Assembly (NCBI GenBank): GCA_052326305.1
Contig: JBKQPJ010000014.1
Location: 9,006-73,005, forward strand
Direction: 5' to 3'
Length of the DNA: 64,000 nucleotides
DNA from: Thermoplasmata archaeon
Lineage (GTDB): Archaea; Thermoplasmatota; Thermoplasmata; Lutacidiplasmatales; UBA184
Shown here: positions 17,994-25,912 of the stretch, one piece after another
Position numbering within the stretch: the first letter of the stretch is position 1
Layout of the letters: every line of letters starts with the position of its first letter
Program-made: the position numbers and the translations under genes
The notes under the pieces: model-generated
The model's input: the letters and a program-made list of their open reading frames with translations, nothing else
Databases searched by the model: none
What the model was told of the DNA's origin: nothing

Positions 17994-18536
17994 CTACGAT
18001 TGCACGACCGTGACCTTGAGGGCCGGGGACTGCGTCGACGGACCGAGGTCGCGCACCTCGAACGTGACCCAAACCTCGGCCGTCAGGACGCAGGTGGGGC
18101 CCCCGAGGGGGTTCGGGAGGGTCACTGGAAGCGGCGCGTTCGACACGCCGGCCCCGACGTGCGTGACGACGAAGGCGCCCCCCGTCGAGGTCTCGTTGAC
18201 CTTCGTGACGGAGTAGTAGACGGCCGGATTGCAGCCGCTGATCGTGACGGTGGGGGTCACCGTGAAGGCCAGCACCTGGCTATCTCCTTCGCTGAGCCGG
18301 ACCGGGCAATGGCCGTTGCAGATGGCGGTCGCCTTGACCGCGCTCGCCCCCGACCCCGCGAAGGTGATGTCCATCGTGGCTAGGGTGAATGCCGGTAGGG
18401 GCGTTCCGCCCGCCCACCACGGGTGGGTGGTGGCGATGAGCACGACCGCCAGGGCTCCGGCGATGCAGACCGCGATCAGTGTACGGCGTCCCCACCGACG
18501 GGGGCGAGGGGGTCCCTTCGGGTCGCGGGCCGGCAC
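17994..18536 (-). CDS. Membrane-anchored secreted protein
   Basis: 180 aa with a GTG start. A CTAAGTAA box (minus sense) lies 29 nt upstream. The N-terminal anchor is RTLIAVCIAGALAVVLIATT, followed by a small beta-rich domain. Confidence 0.55.
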   Translation of the reverse strand: MPARDPKGPPRPRRWGRRTLIAVCIAGALAVVLIATTHPWWAGGTPLPAFTLATMDITFAGSGASAVKATAICNGHCPVRLSEGDSQVLAFTVTPTVTISGCNPAVYYSVTKVNETSTGGAFVVTHVGAGVSNAPLPVTLPNPLGGPTCVLTAEVWVTFEVRDLGPSTQSPALKVTVVQS

Positions 18537-18617
18537 GGCCGCCGGATGCCGCCCGGAGTTACTTAGCCCTATTCTGTCCGAGTCCGGCGCCCGGGGTCGT
18601 CCGAGGTCGGTGGAAGC

Positions 18618-19673
18618 CTAGGCCGGCCCGCGTCCGGGAGGGAACTCTGTCCCGGGCCGGGGTCGGGTCTGGCCGCCGGTCCAGGTCGGACGTGGAGGCT
18701 GGGGGGTAAGGCCTGGCGGGACCCGGGCCGAGGAGTCGCGGAACGCTTGGATGCTAGCGAAGCTGTTCACATCGAGCCGGACGTTCTCCCACCGCCGGAA
18801 CCACGTCTCCGCCGAGCGGATCCATTCCTCCCGGCTGCCGGTCGTGTAGACCCGGTATCGGGGATGGGCGTCGAGCCAGGCGACCACCCGACCCCCCAGA
18901 ACGGCGAGCGGCCGGTCGAAGATCGCGTCCAGCCGGGCCGTCGGCGGCGTGCGTTGTTCTATCGAGCGGAGGAAGACGAGAAGGGTCGCGGGGGCGGGAC
19001 CCGATACGGCGGAAGGAGGCTTTTCCGCGCCCGAGGCGCGGAGCGCGACGACGAGCTCCGCGATCGCCGAGGAAGGGTCGGGTCCCGAAAGATCGGGGGC
19101 GCCCATCGGGACCGGGACCGACGCGGGCGTTCGCTCCGGGGGCCGACCCGCCCGGCCTTCGAGGCCGAAGACGATCGCCGAGCCCCGAGAGCTCTGGAAG
19201 ACCCCCACCAGGTCGACCCGCGTCGCCGAGGGGGCGTCCGACGTCCGGATCGCTCGCTCGTTCGACAAGCCGTAGTTGCGCAGTATCCGGTGCACGGTCA
19301 TGTGGTTGGTGTTCAAGGCGCGGGCGAGCGAGCGGGTCGACCAGCCGGTCCGTCCGGATCGTGGGCGGTCGAGCTGGGCGTTCAGGACCTCGCCGACCAG
19401 CTCGTGCGGCACGCGCCGGGCCGCTCCGGCCCGAGGGGCCTCCCGCCGCAGGCCCTCGAGGCCCGTCGCGAGGAACCGTTCCCGCCAGCGGGCGACGGTC
19501 TCCGGAGCGACGCCCAGCCGGGCCGCGATCGCCGAGTTCGGCCGGCCCTTGGCCGCCTCGAGGACGATGCGGGCGCGCACGGCGAGACGCCGGGGCCGAC
19601 CACGGACGCGCGTCCAGCGACGGAGCTCCCGCCGCTCGGAGCTCGAGACGGCGACCGGGGCCGCGCGCCGCAT
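18618..19673 (-). CDS. IS630-family transposase-like protein, catalytically degenerate (possibly domesticated)
   Basis: The N-terminal 140 aa are typical IS630 HTH modules (ERRELRRWTRVRGRPRRLAVRARIVLEAAKGRPNSAIAARLGVAPETVARWRERF; GWSTRSLARAL..HMTVHRILR). The C-terminus keeps WLDAHPRYRVYTT...SAETWF. The canonical DEK and DNxxxH regions read GLEGRA and FDRPLAV. The ORF is intact. Confidence 0.65.
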   Translation of the reverse strand: MRRAAPVAVSSSERRELRRWTRVRGRPRRLAVRARIVLEAAKGRPNSAIAARLGVAPETVARWRERFLATGLEGLRREAPRAGAARRVPHELVGEVLNAQLDRPRSGRTGWSTRSLARALNTNHMTVHRILRNYGLSNERAIRTSDAPSATRVDLVGVFQSSRGSAIVFGLEGRAGRPPERTPASVPVPMGAPDLSGPDPSSAIAELVVALRASGAEKPPSAVSGPAPATLLVFLRSIEQRTPPTARLDAIFDRPLAVLGGRVVAWLDAHPRYRVYTTGSREEWIRSAETWFRRWENVRLDVNSFASIQAFRDSSARVPPGLTPQPPRPTWTGGQTRPRPGTEFPPGRGPA

Positions 19674-19692
19674 GCGAGGCAAATCGCGGCAG

Positions 19693-19703
19693 TAGTACTA
19701 AAG
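19693..19703 (-). promoter_or_regulatory. TATA-like box (minus sense CTTTAGTACTA) 29 nt upstream of ATG 19673
   Basis: AT-rich element containing the 8-bp palindrome TAGTACTA. The spacing matches other leaderless starts in the window. Confidence 0.4.
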
Positions 19704-19741
19704 GGCCCACGCGAGGCGGCCCGTTCCGGAGCGCCGGACGC

Positions 19742-20572
19742 TCAGAACCGCGCGATGCTGCCCGTGGAGAGCGCCCGGCGCTCGAAGATCTGCCAGAGGG
19801 AGATCGCGGCCCCGAAGGCGATGACCGCGCACAGGCCCACCGCCCCCCACAGCCAGACGAGGGCGCCGAGGGAGTCGCCCTGGATCGCCCCCCGGATCGC
19901 GAGAAGGCCCCACGTCAGGGGGAGCGCCTCCCCGGCGTACTGCAGGGGCACGGGAAGCTGCGAGACCGGGAAGTTGACCCCGGAGAGCAGAAGCCCGACG
20001 AACAGGAAGATGTTCCCAAGGATGATCGACGTCCTCAGATAGAGTGCGACGCCCCCGAGCAGCAGTCCGAACCCGACCATCGCGAAGGCGGTCAGGACGA
20101 TCGAGACGGCGAGCCCCGGGACGGTCGAGGCCGGGATGGACACCCCGAAGAGGACCGAGGCGTAGACGAGCCCGACCGTCACGGTCGCGAGCGAGATCAG
20201 GATCGGGATCAGGCCCCGGCCGAAGTAGAGCGCGATCCGGTTCGCGGGCGAGACGAGCAGGTGCTCCATCGTCCCCTGCTGCTTCTCGGAGTCGGTCGTC
20301 TGGCAGACGGAGAAGACGCTCGAGTAGGTCACCGTCGCGACCGCGTTGCCGACCGCGGTGAACGCGATGGCGGTGGCGTCGGGGGCCCCGCCCGCGCTCA
20401 GCTGGACGACGAACGCGAAGAAGACCATCTGCGTCAGCGGGATGACGAAGATCGTCCCGATCACGAAGTCGACGCGCATGAACCCGAGGCTCGTGCGCGG
20501 GGCGAGGATGGCGTTCGTCCAGAACGTCCGCCAGAACGTTCCCTGGTAGGCCCCGCTCTCGCTCATCGACAT
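19742..20572 (-). CDS. ABC-2 type transporter permease
   Basis: 276 aa with about 6 TM helices. It lies downstream of a paralogous permease and an ABC ATPase on the same strand. Confidence 0.8.
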   Translation of the reverse strand: MSMSESGAYQGTFWRTFWTNAILAPRTSLGFMRVDFVIGTIFVIPLTQMVFFAFVVQLSAGGAPDATAIAFTAVGNAVATVTYSSVFSVCQTTDSEKQQGTMEHLLVSPANRIALYFGRGLIPILISLATVTVGLVYASVLFGVSIPASTVPGLAVSIVLTAFAMVGFGLLLGGVALYLRTSIILGNIFLFVGLLLSGVNFPVSQLPVPLQYAGEALPLTWGLLAIRGAIQGDSLGALVWLWGAVGLCAVIAFGAAISLWQIFERRALSTGSIARF

Positions 20573-20585
20573 CGTCCGGCCCGAT

Positions 20586-21395
20586 TCAGTAGTCGGAGAG
20601 GTTCCCTTCCTCGAGGACGTGGCGCTCGACGCGATGGAAGACGCTTCCCGCGAGCGCTAGGTAGACGGCCGTCGTGCCGACCGCCCCCGCGAGGTCCCCC
20701 CAGAACCCCCAGCCGAACCCCTGGTATCCCGGGATGGCGAGGTACCGGAGGGCGTCGAGCGCCCACGTCGGCGGAAAGAAGAGCGACGGCGGCCAGGCCA
20801 GGAACGGAAGGATCACGACCGGGAACATGCACCCGGTGCCGACGTAGAAGGCGAACTCCCCGACGTTCTGGATGAATCCGGCGTAGCGCGTGTAGACGTA
20901 GAACGCGGCGAAGACCACCCCGACCGCGGCGAGCGTGAGCATCACGAAGACGAACAGCACGGCGAAACCGAGCGGGTCCGGCACGGTCGGGAAGCTTCCC
21001 GCGGCCACCACGACGACGAGGTAGACGATCAGGCCGCCGATCAGCCCCGAGACGACGTTCCACAGGACCCGTCCGAGGATCACGTAGAGATAGGGGGTGG
21101 GCGCCTGGATCGTCGGCTCGAGCGTCCCGAAGACCCGGTCCTGGCCGGTCGCCCAACCGCTGCCGTACAGGGTCTGGCCCCACATGCTCATCATCCCCGC
21201 GCCGAGGATCGCGTAGATCAGGTAGTTCTGCCCGCCCGACGTGTGGAACAGCTCGAACGAGACGAGGCCGAAGATCACGGGGGCGATCATCGACGGGATC
21301 AGCCACTGGGGGTCGGCCATGAACTGGAGCACGGCGAGCCGCAGGGACGCGGTGACCCCCCGGCCGCGGGAGACCTCGGCGTGGGCGAGCGCCAT
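20586..21395 (-). CDS. ABC-2 type transporter permease
   Basis: 269 aa with about 6 TM helices. It abuts the ATPase gene, whose stop lies at 21396. Confidence 0.8.
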   Translation of the reverse strand: MALAHAEVSRGRGVTASLRLAVLQFMADPQWLIPSMIAPVIFGLVSFELFHTSGGQNYLIYAILGAGMMSMWGQTLYGSGWATGQDRVFGTLEPTIQAPTPYLYVILGRVLWNVVSGLIGGLIVYLVVVVAAGSFPTVPDPLGFAVLFVFVMLTLAAVGVVFAAFYVYTRYAGFIQNVGEFAFYVGTGCMFPVVILPFLAWPPSLFFPPTWALDALRYLAIPGYQGFGWGFWGDLAGAVGTTAVYLALAGSVFHRVERHVLEEGNLSDY

Positions 21396-22409
21396 CTACC
21401 GCGCCTCCTCCTCGACCAGGTCGAGGTAGACGTCCTCGAGGGAGGTACGGCGCTCGCGCACGGAGAGCTCCGGGTGGCCGGGGAGCACCCGGCTCACGTC
21501 GTCGGGGGTCGTCTCGTGGGTCCGCACGCGCATGGTGAGCCGCATCACGGGCCCGAACTCCTCGCTCGCGACCTTGGAGACGCCCGGAAGCCGCCGCAGC
21601 GCGTCGAGCTCCCGGTCCTCGAACCCGTACGCTTCCGCCTCGAGGGTACGGTCGCCTCCCACGAGCCGCCGGAGGCCGTCGACCGTGTCGCGGGCGACGA
21701 TCCGGCCCTTGGAGAGGACCGCGATCTGGGGGCAGAGCTCCTCGGCCTCGAACATGTAGTGGGTCGTGAGGAAGATGGAGACCCCGTCGGAGACCAGCGA
21801 GCGCACGAGCTTGCGGGTCTCCCGCGCGCTCTTCGGGTCGAGGCCGATCGTCGGTTCGTCGAGGAACAGGATCTCGGGGCGGTGGAGGATCCCCCGGGCG
21901 ATGTGGAGCTTCTGCTTCATGCCCCGGGAGTACTCCTCGACCCGGCGGTCGGCGGCCCAGACGAGGTCGACCCGTTCGAGGACCTCGGCGATCCGACGCT
22001 CCCGCTCGGCGACCGGGACGCCGAAGAGGTCGGCGAAGTAACGGAGGTTCTCGCGCCCGCTGATCCGGTTGTACAGGCCCCGCTCGCCGCCGAGCACGAG
22101 GCCGATCCGCGGACGGAGCCAGGCGGTCTCGGTGCGAACATCGTGGCCGAGGACCTGGGCCCGTCCCTCGGTCGGCAGGAGCAACGTGGAGAGGATCTTG
22201 ACGAGGGTCGTCTTTCCCGCCCCGTTGGGTCCGAGGAGGCCGAAGATCGAGCCGCGCTCCACGACGAGGTCGACGCCCCGGAGGGCCTCGGTGTGCGTGA
22301 CCTCCCGGAAGAGGAACCCTTTGCGGCTGTCGAAGACGCGGCGTATGCCGGCGACCTCGATCGCGGGAGAGCCTTCGGTCATCGTCTGCCTGGGGTGGGG
22401 GCGCACCAA
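21396..22409 (-). CDS. ABC transporter ATP-binding protein (DrrA/ABC-2 exporter type)
   Basis: Walker A GPNGAGKTT, signature YSRGMKQKL, Walker B ILFLDEPTIGLD, and a C-terminal accessory domain. Confidence 0.95.
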   Translation of the reverse strand: MVRPHPRQTMTEGSPAIEVAGIRRVFDSRKGFLFREVTHTEALRGVDLVVERGSIFGLLGPNGAGKTTLVKILSTLLLPTEGRAQVLGHDVRTETAWLRPRIGLVLGGERGLYNRISGRENLRYFADLFGVPVAERERRIAEVLERVDLVWAADRRVEEYSRGMKQKLHIARGILHRPEILFLDEPTIGLDPKSARETRKLVRSLVSDGVSIFLTTHYMFEAEELCPQIAVLSKGRIVARDTVDGLRRLVGGDRTLEAEAYGFEDRELDALRRLPGVSKVASEEFGPVMRLTMRVRTHETTPDDVSRVLPGHPELSVRERRTSLEDVYLDLVEEEAR

Positions 22410-22450
22410 GCAGCCCTACTAAGAAGATGCGGTGGTAGGGAAGGTGAGCT

Positions 22451-22514
22451 GGAACGGCTCGGGCGGGGCCGTTCCATTCCGCGGGCGTGGGCACCGGACC
22501 CGTCCCACGCCCGC
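22451..22514. promoter_or_regulatory. Two adjacent perfect inverted repeats in the divergent ABC / dehydrogenase intergenic region
   Basis: The first repeat is GGAACGGC-N9-GCCGTTCC (22451-22475). The second is GCGGGCGTGGG-N12-CCCACGCCCGC (22481-22514), which ends 6 nt before the TTTATATC box. Confidence 0.5.
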
Positions 22515-22520
22515 GAGGGG

Positions 22521-22528
22521 TTTATATC
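22521..22528 (+). promoter_or_regulatory. TATA box (TTTATATC) for the 2-oxoacid dehydrogenase operon
   Basis: This is the best consensus-like archaeal TATA in the window. GGAGG at 22551-22555 and an in-frame TTG at 22560 follow it. Confidence 0.55.
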
Positions 22529-22559
22529 CGAGGTGTCGGTCGAGCGGCCCGGAGGCCCG

Positions 22560-23636
22560 TTGTCGGAGAGCGCCGCCCCCAGGCTCGCCCCGTCGGCGGA
22601 CTCCACCGCCTTCCCGGAGGATCGTCGGCTCGAGGCGTACCGGACGATGGTGCTCGCCCGCGCCCTGGACGAGCGGTGCCTTTCCCTCCAGCGCCAGGGA
22701 CGGATCGGCTTCTACGCGCCCCATGCGGGTCAGGAGGCGGCGCTCGTCGGGTCGGCGCTCGCCCTCGAGCCTGAGGATTGGGTTTTCCCTTCGTACCGCG
22801 AGCTCGCGGTCGCGCTGATCCGCGGAGCCCCGCTGGGGGCTATCGTCGACCAGCTGTTCGCCAACGCCCGGGACCGCGCGCGGGGGCGGCAGATGCCGAA
22901 CCATTTCGCCTTCGCCGACCAGCACTTCGTCTCCGCGTCGAGCCCGATCGGGACCCAGATCACCCAGGCGGTCGGCGCCGCGATGGCGGCGCAGCGCCGG
23001 AAGGCCCCGAGCATCGCGATCGCCTACTTCGGCGACGGGGCGACGAGCTCGAACGACTTCCACGCCGGCCTCAACTTCGCGGGGGTCTTCGAGGCCCCGG
23101 CGATCTTCTTCTGCCAGAACAACCAGTGGGCGATCTCGCTGCCCCGGGAACGCCAGACCCGTAGCCCGACGCTGGCCGAGAAGGCGGACGCGTACGGCTT
23201 CCCCGGCGTGGTGGTCGACGGCAACGATCTCGGGGCGGTCTATGCGGCCGTCCGCACGGCCCGTCACCGGGCGATCTCGGGCGGGGGTCCCACGATGATC
23301 GAGGCCCAGGTCTACCGGCTGGGGCCGCACTCGACCTCCGACGACCCGCACCGGTACCGGACCGATGCCGAGGTCCAGTCGGCTCGCTCGCGCGACCCGC
23401 TGCTCCGCACGCGGGACGCGCTGCTCGCGGCGGGCGGGCTCGACGAGGCCGGGGACTCGAAGCTCTGGGAGGAGGCCCGGTCCGCGATCTCCGCGGCGGT
23501 CACCTCGGCGGAGGCCGCCCCCGCGCTCGACCCGCTCTCCATCTTCGAGGACGTCTACGCGAGCGTTCCCGCCCGGCTGGAGGTCGAACGCCGCGAATGG
23601 GCGGCCCACGCTCCGAGAGCAGGGGAGCCGCCGTGA
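22560..23636 (+). CDS. 2-oxoacid dehydrogenase E1 component alpha subunit (TPP-dependent), copy 1
   Basis: YRTMVLARALDERC and the TPP motif FGDGATSSNDFHAGLNFAGV...NNQWAIS are present. The start is uncertain. TTG 22560 is preferred because GTG 22533 lies too close to the TATA box; ATG 22647 is also possible. Confidence 0.85.
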   Translation: MSESAAPRLAPSADSTAFPEDRRLEAYRTMVLARALDERCLSLQRQGRIGFYAPHAGQEAALVGSALALEPEDWVFPSYRELAVALIRGAPLGAIVDQLFANARDRARGRQMPNHFAFADQHFVSASSPIGTQITQAVGAAMAAQRRKAPSIAIAYFGDGATSSNDFHAGLNFAGVFEAPAIFFCQNNQWAISLPRERQTRSPTLAEKADAYGFPGVVVDGNDLGAVYAAVRTARHRAISGGGPTMIEAQVYRLGPHSTSDDPHRYRTDAEVQSARSRDPLLRTRDALLAAGGLDEAGDSKLWEEARSAISAAVTSAEAAPALDPLSIFEDVYASVPARLEVERREWAAHAPRAGEPP

Positions 23637-24610
23637 CCGAGCTCACCCTCGTCCAAGCCGTCAACCGCGGGCTCCTCGAGGCGATGCGCTCCGACCCCGA
23701 CGTGCTGGTCCTCGGGGAGGACGTCGGCATCAACGGGGGCGTCTTCCGCGCGACCGAGGGGCTCTTCAAGGAGTTCGGCGGCGACCGGGTGATCGACACC
23801 CCGCTCTCGGAGACCGGCATCGTCGGCACGGCGATCGGCATGGCGCTCTACGGTCTCAAGCCGGTCGCGGAGATCCAGTTCCTCGATTTCATCTACCCCG
23901 CCTTCGACCAGATCGTGAGCGAGCTCGCGAAGATGCGCTACCGTTCGGGCGGTCAGTATCCCTGCCACGTCGTGATCCGCAGCCCGTACGGCGGCGGGAT
24001 CAAGGGCGGGCTCTACCACTCCCAGAGCTCCGAGGCGTACTTCTGCCACACCCCGGGCCTCAAGGTCGTCGTGCCGTCGACCCCGGCGGACGCGAAGGGC
24101 CTCCTCCTGACCGCGATCCACGACGAGGACCCGGTCCTTTTCCTCGAGCCGAAGCGGATCTACCGGTCGGCGAGCGGCGAGGTCCCCGACGGCGACCACC
24201 GCGTACCGTTCGGCCAGGTGCGGACGGTCCGGGAAGGTGCCGATCTCACGATCTTTGCCTACGGCGCGATGGTCCCTCCGTCGGCCGAGGCGGCCGAGAT
24301 CCTCGCCGCCGAGGGGATCTCCGCCGAGGTGATCGACCTGAGGAGCCTCGTGCCGCTGGACGAGGACGCCGTCGTCGCGTCGGTCGAGAAGACCGGTCGC
24401 GCGGTGATCGTGCACGAGGCGCCTCGGTTCTGCGGGTTCGGAGCGGAGCTCGCCGCCCTGCTGGCGGAGCGCGCCCTCTACTCGCTCAAGGCGCCCGTCG
24501 CCCGGGTGACAGGATACGACACCCCGTTCCCGTACGCGCTCGAGCAGGTCTACCTGCCCGGGCCCGAACGGATCCTTGCCGCTGCTCGCGCCGCCATGGC
24601 GGCGGGGTAG
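23633..24610 (+). CDS. 2-oxoacid dehydrogenase E1 component beta subunit
   Basis: LTLVQAVNRGL, VLGEDVG..GGVFRAT and DTPLSETGIVGTAIGMA are typical of E1beta. The GTG start overlaps the E1alpha stop (GTGA). ATG 23597 is an alternative start. Confidence 0.9.
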   Translation: MTELTLVQAVNRGLLEAMRSDPDVLVLGEDVGINGGVFRATEGLFKEFGGDRVIDTPLSETGIVGTAIGMALYGLKPVAEIQFLDFIYPAFDQIVSELAKMRYRSGGQYPCHVVIRSPYGGGIKGGLYHSQSSEAYFCHTPGLKVVVPSTPADAKGLLLTAIHDEDPVLFLEPKRIYRSASGEVPDGDHRVPFGQVRTVREGADLTIFAYGAMVPPSAEAAEILAAEGISAEVIDLRSLVPLDEDAVVASVEKTGRAVIVHEAPRFCGFGAELAALLAERALYSLKAPVARVTGYDTPFPYALEQVYLPGPERILAAARAAMAAG

Positions 24611-24619
24611 GGGGATCGC

Positions 24620-25912
24620 ATGCCGTACGAGTTCCGTCTGCCGGACATCGGCGAAGGCGTCGCGGAGGGTGAGGTCGTCCAGTGGTTCGTCAAGGAGGGC
24701 GACCTGATCCAGGAGGACCAGCCCCTCGTCAGCGTGCTCACCGACAAGGCGAACGTCGAGATCCCTTCCCCGAAGGCCGGCCGCATCGCCAAGCTGCACG
24801 CTGTCGTGGGCCAGAAGGTGAAGGTCGGCGGAATCCTCGTCACCTTCGATCTGCCCGGCCTCCCCACCGCGGGGGCCGCGCCGGCTGCCCCGGCCGCGTC
24901 CGCTCCCCCTCCTCGGTCCTCGGTGCCCTCGCCCGCCCCCCCAGCTCCGGTTGTCCCTGCTTCTGCCGGTGGCTCTTCGGACCGGGTCCTCGCGTCGCCG
25001 TACCTGCGTCGCATCGCGGCGGAACGAGGGATCGACCTCGCCGCGGTGCGAGGTTCGGGACCCGGGGGCCGGATCACCGAACAGGATCTCGGCGGCTCCC
25101 CCGCGGCCGCCACGGCGGCCCCGTCGTCACCGACGGCCCCTCTCCCTACCACTCCCGCCGGCGTTCCGCCGGGGGCCCCTGCATCACCGACCGTTCCGGA
25201 TAGCGAGGTCGCCGAACGGATCCCGATCCGCGGGGTCCGGCGCGTGATCGCCGAGCACATGAGCGAGGCGACGCACCGCGCCGCCCACTTCACCTACGTC
25301 GAGGAGGTCGATGCTTCCGAGCTCGTCCGGTTCCGCGACCGGATGGCGAAGCACGTCGAGAAGCAGGGGGTTCGCCTCAGCTACCTTCCGTTCATCGTGA
25401 AAGGGGTCGTCGCCGGTCTCAAGGCGCATCCCCACCTCAACGCCACCGTCGACGACGCGCGCTCGGAGCTGGTCGTCCGATCGAGGTACCACATCGGGAT
25501 CGCGACGGCGGCGCCGGAAGGTCTGATGGTTCCCGTCGTGCGCGATGCCGACAAGAAGAGCCTCACCGGGCTCGCCCGGGAGATCACGGGGCTCGCGGAG
25601 CGGGCGCGAACCGGCAAGGTCACGCGCGAGGAGCTCGTCGGCAGCACGTTCACGATCTCGAGCCTCGGCCTCCTCGGCGGCGTGATGGCCACCCCGATCC
25701 TCAACTATCCCGAGGTCGGGATCCTCGGCGTCCACAAGATCGTGCGCCGACCGGTCTACCGGTCCGACGGGACGATCGGTCCGGCGGACCTGATGAACCT
25801 CTCCGTCTCGCTCGACCACCGGATGGTCGACGGGATGGAAGGGGCCCAGTTCCTCGCGGTCGTGAAGGGGTACCTCGAGGACCCGCACCAGCTGTTCGTC
25901 GAGCTGGCATGA
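24620..25912 (+). CDS. Dihydrolipoamide acyltransferase E2 component
   Basis: Lipoyl domain with VLTDKANVEI, a Pro/Ala linker, a peripheral subunit-binding domain (ASPYLRRIAAERGIDL..GSGPGGRI), and a catalytic domain with DHRMVDG. Confidence 0.95.
   Translation: MPYEFRLPDIGEGVAEGEVVQWFVKEGDLIQEDQPLVSVLTDKANVEIPSPKAGRIAKLHAVVGQKVKVGGILVTFDLPGLPTAGAAPAAPAASAPPPRSSVPSPAPPAPVVPASAGGSSDRVLASPYLRRIAAERGIDLAAVRGSGPGGRITEQDLGGSPAAATAAPSSPTAPLPTTPAGVPPGAPASPTVPDSEVAERIPIRGVRRVIAEHMSEATHRAAHFTYVEEVDASELVRFRDRMAKHVEKQGVRLSYLPFIVKGVVAGLKAHPHLNATVDDARSELVVRSRYHIGIATAAPEGLMVPVVRDADKKSLTGLAREITGLAERARTGKVTREELVGSTFTISSLGLLGGVMATPILNYPEVGILGVHKIVRRPVYRSDGTIGPADLMNLSVSLDHRMVDGMEGAQFLAVVKGYLEDPHQLFVELA

Noticed and set aside
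18537-19760. Possible complete IS630 element (terminal inverted repeats and TA target duplication)
   Set aside because: I compared about 80 nt on each side of the ORF and found no convincing inverted repeats. Only the local palindrome TAGTACTA is present, and it is better explained as a promoter box. I therefore annotated a gene and not a mobile element.
20563-22494. 643-aa ORF on the minus strand spanning the ABC permease and ATPase genes in another frame
   Set aside because: The translation is extremely Arg/Pro/Gly-rich and low-complexity. It overlaps three genes with clear family motifs. This is a typical spurious long ORF of high-GC DNA. The same reasoning rejects 616-1524(-), 1729-2712(-), 13965-15332(-), 14924-16297(-), 15358-17031(+), 19361-20875(+), 22419-23609(-), 23555-24799(-), 25756-27126(-), 26807-28603(-), 47797-49467(-), 49259-50515(-) and similar track entries.
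23028-23085. Near-identical nucleotide stretch shared by the two E1alpha genes (also 26396-26452) as a sign of recent gene conversion
   Set aside because: The stretch encodes the invariant TPP-binding motif. In a genome with strongly biased GC3 codon choice, identical peptides give near-identical DNA. The flanking sequence diverges quickly.
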